Part shown: in pieces, positions 61,360-64,000 of the stretch
Layout: each line of letters opens with the position of its first letter
How positions within the stretch are numbered: position 1 is the first letter of the stretch
Assembly: GCF_039654945.1 (NCBI RefSeq)
Contig: NW_027361819.1
Location: forward strand, 2,790,001-2,854,000
From: Dendrobates tinctorius
Lineage: Eukaryota
Length of the DNA stretch: 64,000 nt
Direction of reading: 5' to 3'
The notes under the pieces: model-generated
Database searches by the model: none
Told to the model about the DNA's origin: nothing
Seen by the model: the letters and a program-made list of their open reading frames with translations, nothing else
Program-made: the position numbers and the translations under genes

Positions 61360-63130
61360 TAGTGTTACATAGGACTGCAGGTGACAGCGACTGCACCACC
61401 TGTGCTCAGGGAGTGATCACTGGTGTTACATAGGACTGCAGGTGACAGCGACTGCACCACCTGTGCTCAGGGAGTGATCACTGGTGTTACATAGGACTGC
61501 AGGTGACAGCGACTGCACCACCTGTGCGCAGGGAGTGATCACTGGTGTTACATAGGACTGCAGGTGACAGCGACTGCACCACCTGTGCTCAGGGAGTGAT
61601 CACTGGTGTTACATAGGACTGCAGGTGACAGTGACTGCGCCACCTGTGCTCAGGGAGTGATCACTGGTGTTACATAGGACTGCAGGTGACAGCGACTGCA
61701 CCACCTGTGCTCAGGGAGTGATCACTGGTGTTACATAGGACTGCAGGTGACAGCGACTGCACCACCTGTGCTCAGAGAGTGATCACTGGTGTTACATAGG
61801 ACTGCAGGTGACAGCGACGGCACCACCTGTGCTCAGAGAGTGATCACTGGTGTTACATAGGGCTGCAGGTGACAGCGACTGCACCACCTGTGCTCAGGGA
61901 GTCATCACTGGTGTTACATAGGACTGCAGGTGACAGCGACTGCACCACCTGTGCTCAGAGAGTGATCACTGGTGTTACATAGGACTGCAGGTGACAGTGA
62001 CTGCGCCACCTGTGCTCAGAGAGTGATCACTGGTGTTACATAGGACTTCAGGTGACAGCGACTGCACCACCTGTGCTCAGAGAGTGATCACTGGTGTTAC
62101 ATAGGACTGCAGGTGACAGTGACTGCGCCACCTGTGCTCAGAGAGTGATCACTGGTGTTACATAGGACTTCAGGTGACAGTGACTGCGCCACCTGTGCTC
62201 AGAGAGTGATCACTGGTGTTACATAGGACTTCAGGTGACAGCGACTGCACCACCTGTGCTCAGAGAGTGATCACTGGTGTTACATAGGACTGCAGGTGAC
62301 AGCGACTGCACCACCTGTGCTCAGAGAGTGATCACTGGTGTTACATAGGACTGCAGGTGACAGTGACTGCGCCACCTGTGCTCAGAGAGTGATCACTGGT
62401 GTTACATAGGACTGCATGTGACAGCAACTGCACCACCTGTGCTCAGGGAGTGATCACTGATACTACATAGGACTGCAGGTGACAGCGACTGCACTACCTG
62501 TGCTCAGGGAGTGATCACTGGTGTTACATAGGACTGCAGGTGACAGCGACTGCACCACCTGTGCTCAGAGAGTGATCACTGGTGTTACATAGGACTGCAG
62601 GTGACAGCGACTGCGCCACCTGTGCTCAGAGAGTGATCACTGGTGTTACATAGGACTTCAGGTGACAGCGACTGCACCACCTGTGCTCAGAGAGTGATCA
62701 CTGGTGTTACATAGGACTGCAGGTGACAGTGACTGCGCCACCTGTGCTCAGAGAGTGATCACTGGTGTTACATAGGACTTCAGGTGACAGTGACTGCGCC
62801 ACCTGTGCTCAGAGAGTGATCACTGGTGTTACATAGGACTTCAGGTGACAGCGACTGCACCACCTGTGCTCAGAGAGTGATCACTGGTGTTACATAGGAC
62901 TGCAGGTGACAGCGACTGCACCACCTGTGCTCAGAGAGTGATCACTGGTGTTACATAGGACTGCAGGTGACAGTGACTGCGCCACCTGTGCTCAGAGAGT
63001 GATCACTGGTGTTACATAGGACTTCAGGTGACAGCGACTGCACCACCTGTGCTCAGAGAGTGATCACTGGTGTTACATAGGACTGCAGGTGACAGCAACT
63101 GCACCACCTGTGCTCAGAGAGTGATCACTT
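61360..63130. repeat. 61-bp minisatellite, about 29 copies (tlcd3b intron 1)
   Basis: GGTGTTACATAGGACTGCAGGTGACAGCGACTGCACCACCTGTGCTCAGAGAGTGATCACT. Confidence 0.97.
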
Positions 63131-63903
63131 GTGTTACATAGGACTGCAGGTAACATCTACTACATTATCTGTACTCACAGAGCTATCACTGTGCTATCTG
63201 TGGTGTTACATAGGACTGCAGGTGTCATCTACTACATTATCTGTACTCAGAGAGTTATCACTGTGTTATATGTGTTGTTACATAGTGTAGTAGATGAAAC
63301 CTGCAGTCCTATCAGTACTCAGAGAGATATCACTGTGTGATCTGTGGTGTTACATAGGACTGCAGGTGACATCTACTACATTATCTGTACTCAGAGAGTT
63401 ATCGCTGTGTTATCTGTGGTGTTACATAGGACTGCAGGTGACATCTACTACATTATCTGTACTCAGAGAGTTATCACTGTGTGATCTGTGGTGTTACATA
63501 GGACTGCAGGTGACATCTACTACATTATCTGTACTCAGAGAGTTATCACCGTGTTATCTGTGGTGTTACATAGGACTGCAGGTGACATCTACTACATTAT
63601 CTGTACTCACAGAGCTATCACTGTGCTATCTGTGGTGTTACATAGGACTGCAGATGACATCTACTACATTATCTGTACTCAGAGATATCACTGCTATCTG
63701 TGGTGTTACATAGGACTGCAGGCGACATCTACTACATTATCTGTACTCAGTTATCACTGTGTTATATGTGTTGTTACATAGGACTGCAGGTTTCATCTAC
63801 TACACTATTGGTACTCAGAGAGATATCACTTTGTGATCTGTGGTGTTACATAGGACTGCTGGTGACATCTACTACATTATCTGTACTCAGAGAGTTATCA
63901 CTG
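63131..63903. repeat. Related minisatellite, about 71-bp unit
   Basis: GGTGTTACATAGGACTGCAGGTGACATCTACTACATTATCTGTACTCAGAGAGTTATCACTGTGTTATCTGT; shares its core with the 61-bp array. Confidence 0.93.
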
Positions 63904-63969
63904 GTATATAGGGGATATATATTTGTATATAGGAAGTGAACACTCCTATATAAGGGATATACATTTGTA

Positions 63970-64000
63970 CAGTTGTGCTCAAAAGTTTACAAACCCCGGC
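63970..64000. mobile_element. Start of a Tc1/mariner element (terminal inverted repeat)
   Basis: TA|CAGTTGTGCTCAAAAGTTTACA, a typical Tc1-like terminus, cut by the window edge. Confidence 0.6.

Overview
Vertebrate genomic DNA, most likely a frog (inferred from the repeat and MITE landscape). It is a gene-bearing, GC-rich region in which about 29-30 kb is tandem repeat, so most long ORFs in the track are artefacts. Left to right it contains: (1) a CpG-island promoter and non-coding first exon on the minus strand, probably ppp4c by synteny; (2) a complete 8-exon aldolase A gene (aldoa, minus strand, 364 aa) with a proximal HRE/CRE promoter and a distal muscle-type promoter (MEF3, MEF2-like, DR1, TATA); (3) intact tRNA-Gly(TCC) and tRNA-Lys(TTT) genes; (4) a spliced 135-aa single-pass, Cys-rich protein gene that the ORF track does not show as a unit, resembling the uncharacterised human ORF upstream of ALDOA (LOC112694756-like); (5) the first coding exon of tlcd3b. 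This matches the human 16p11.2 gene order. The most striking structure lies in the last intron of the small gene: two full-length, about 8.9-kb Tx1-group (L1 superfamily) retrotransposons, one intact and one disabled. Both sit at the same nucleotide of the same minisatellite unit, with an identical TGGAGGATA target duplication and no poly(A) tail. This points to a sequence-specific, minisatellite-targeting retrotransposon. Convergent CTCF-like motifs bracket aldoa. Family and orthology assignments come from remembered sequences and motifs; no database search was run.
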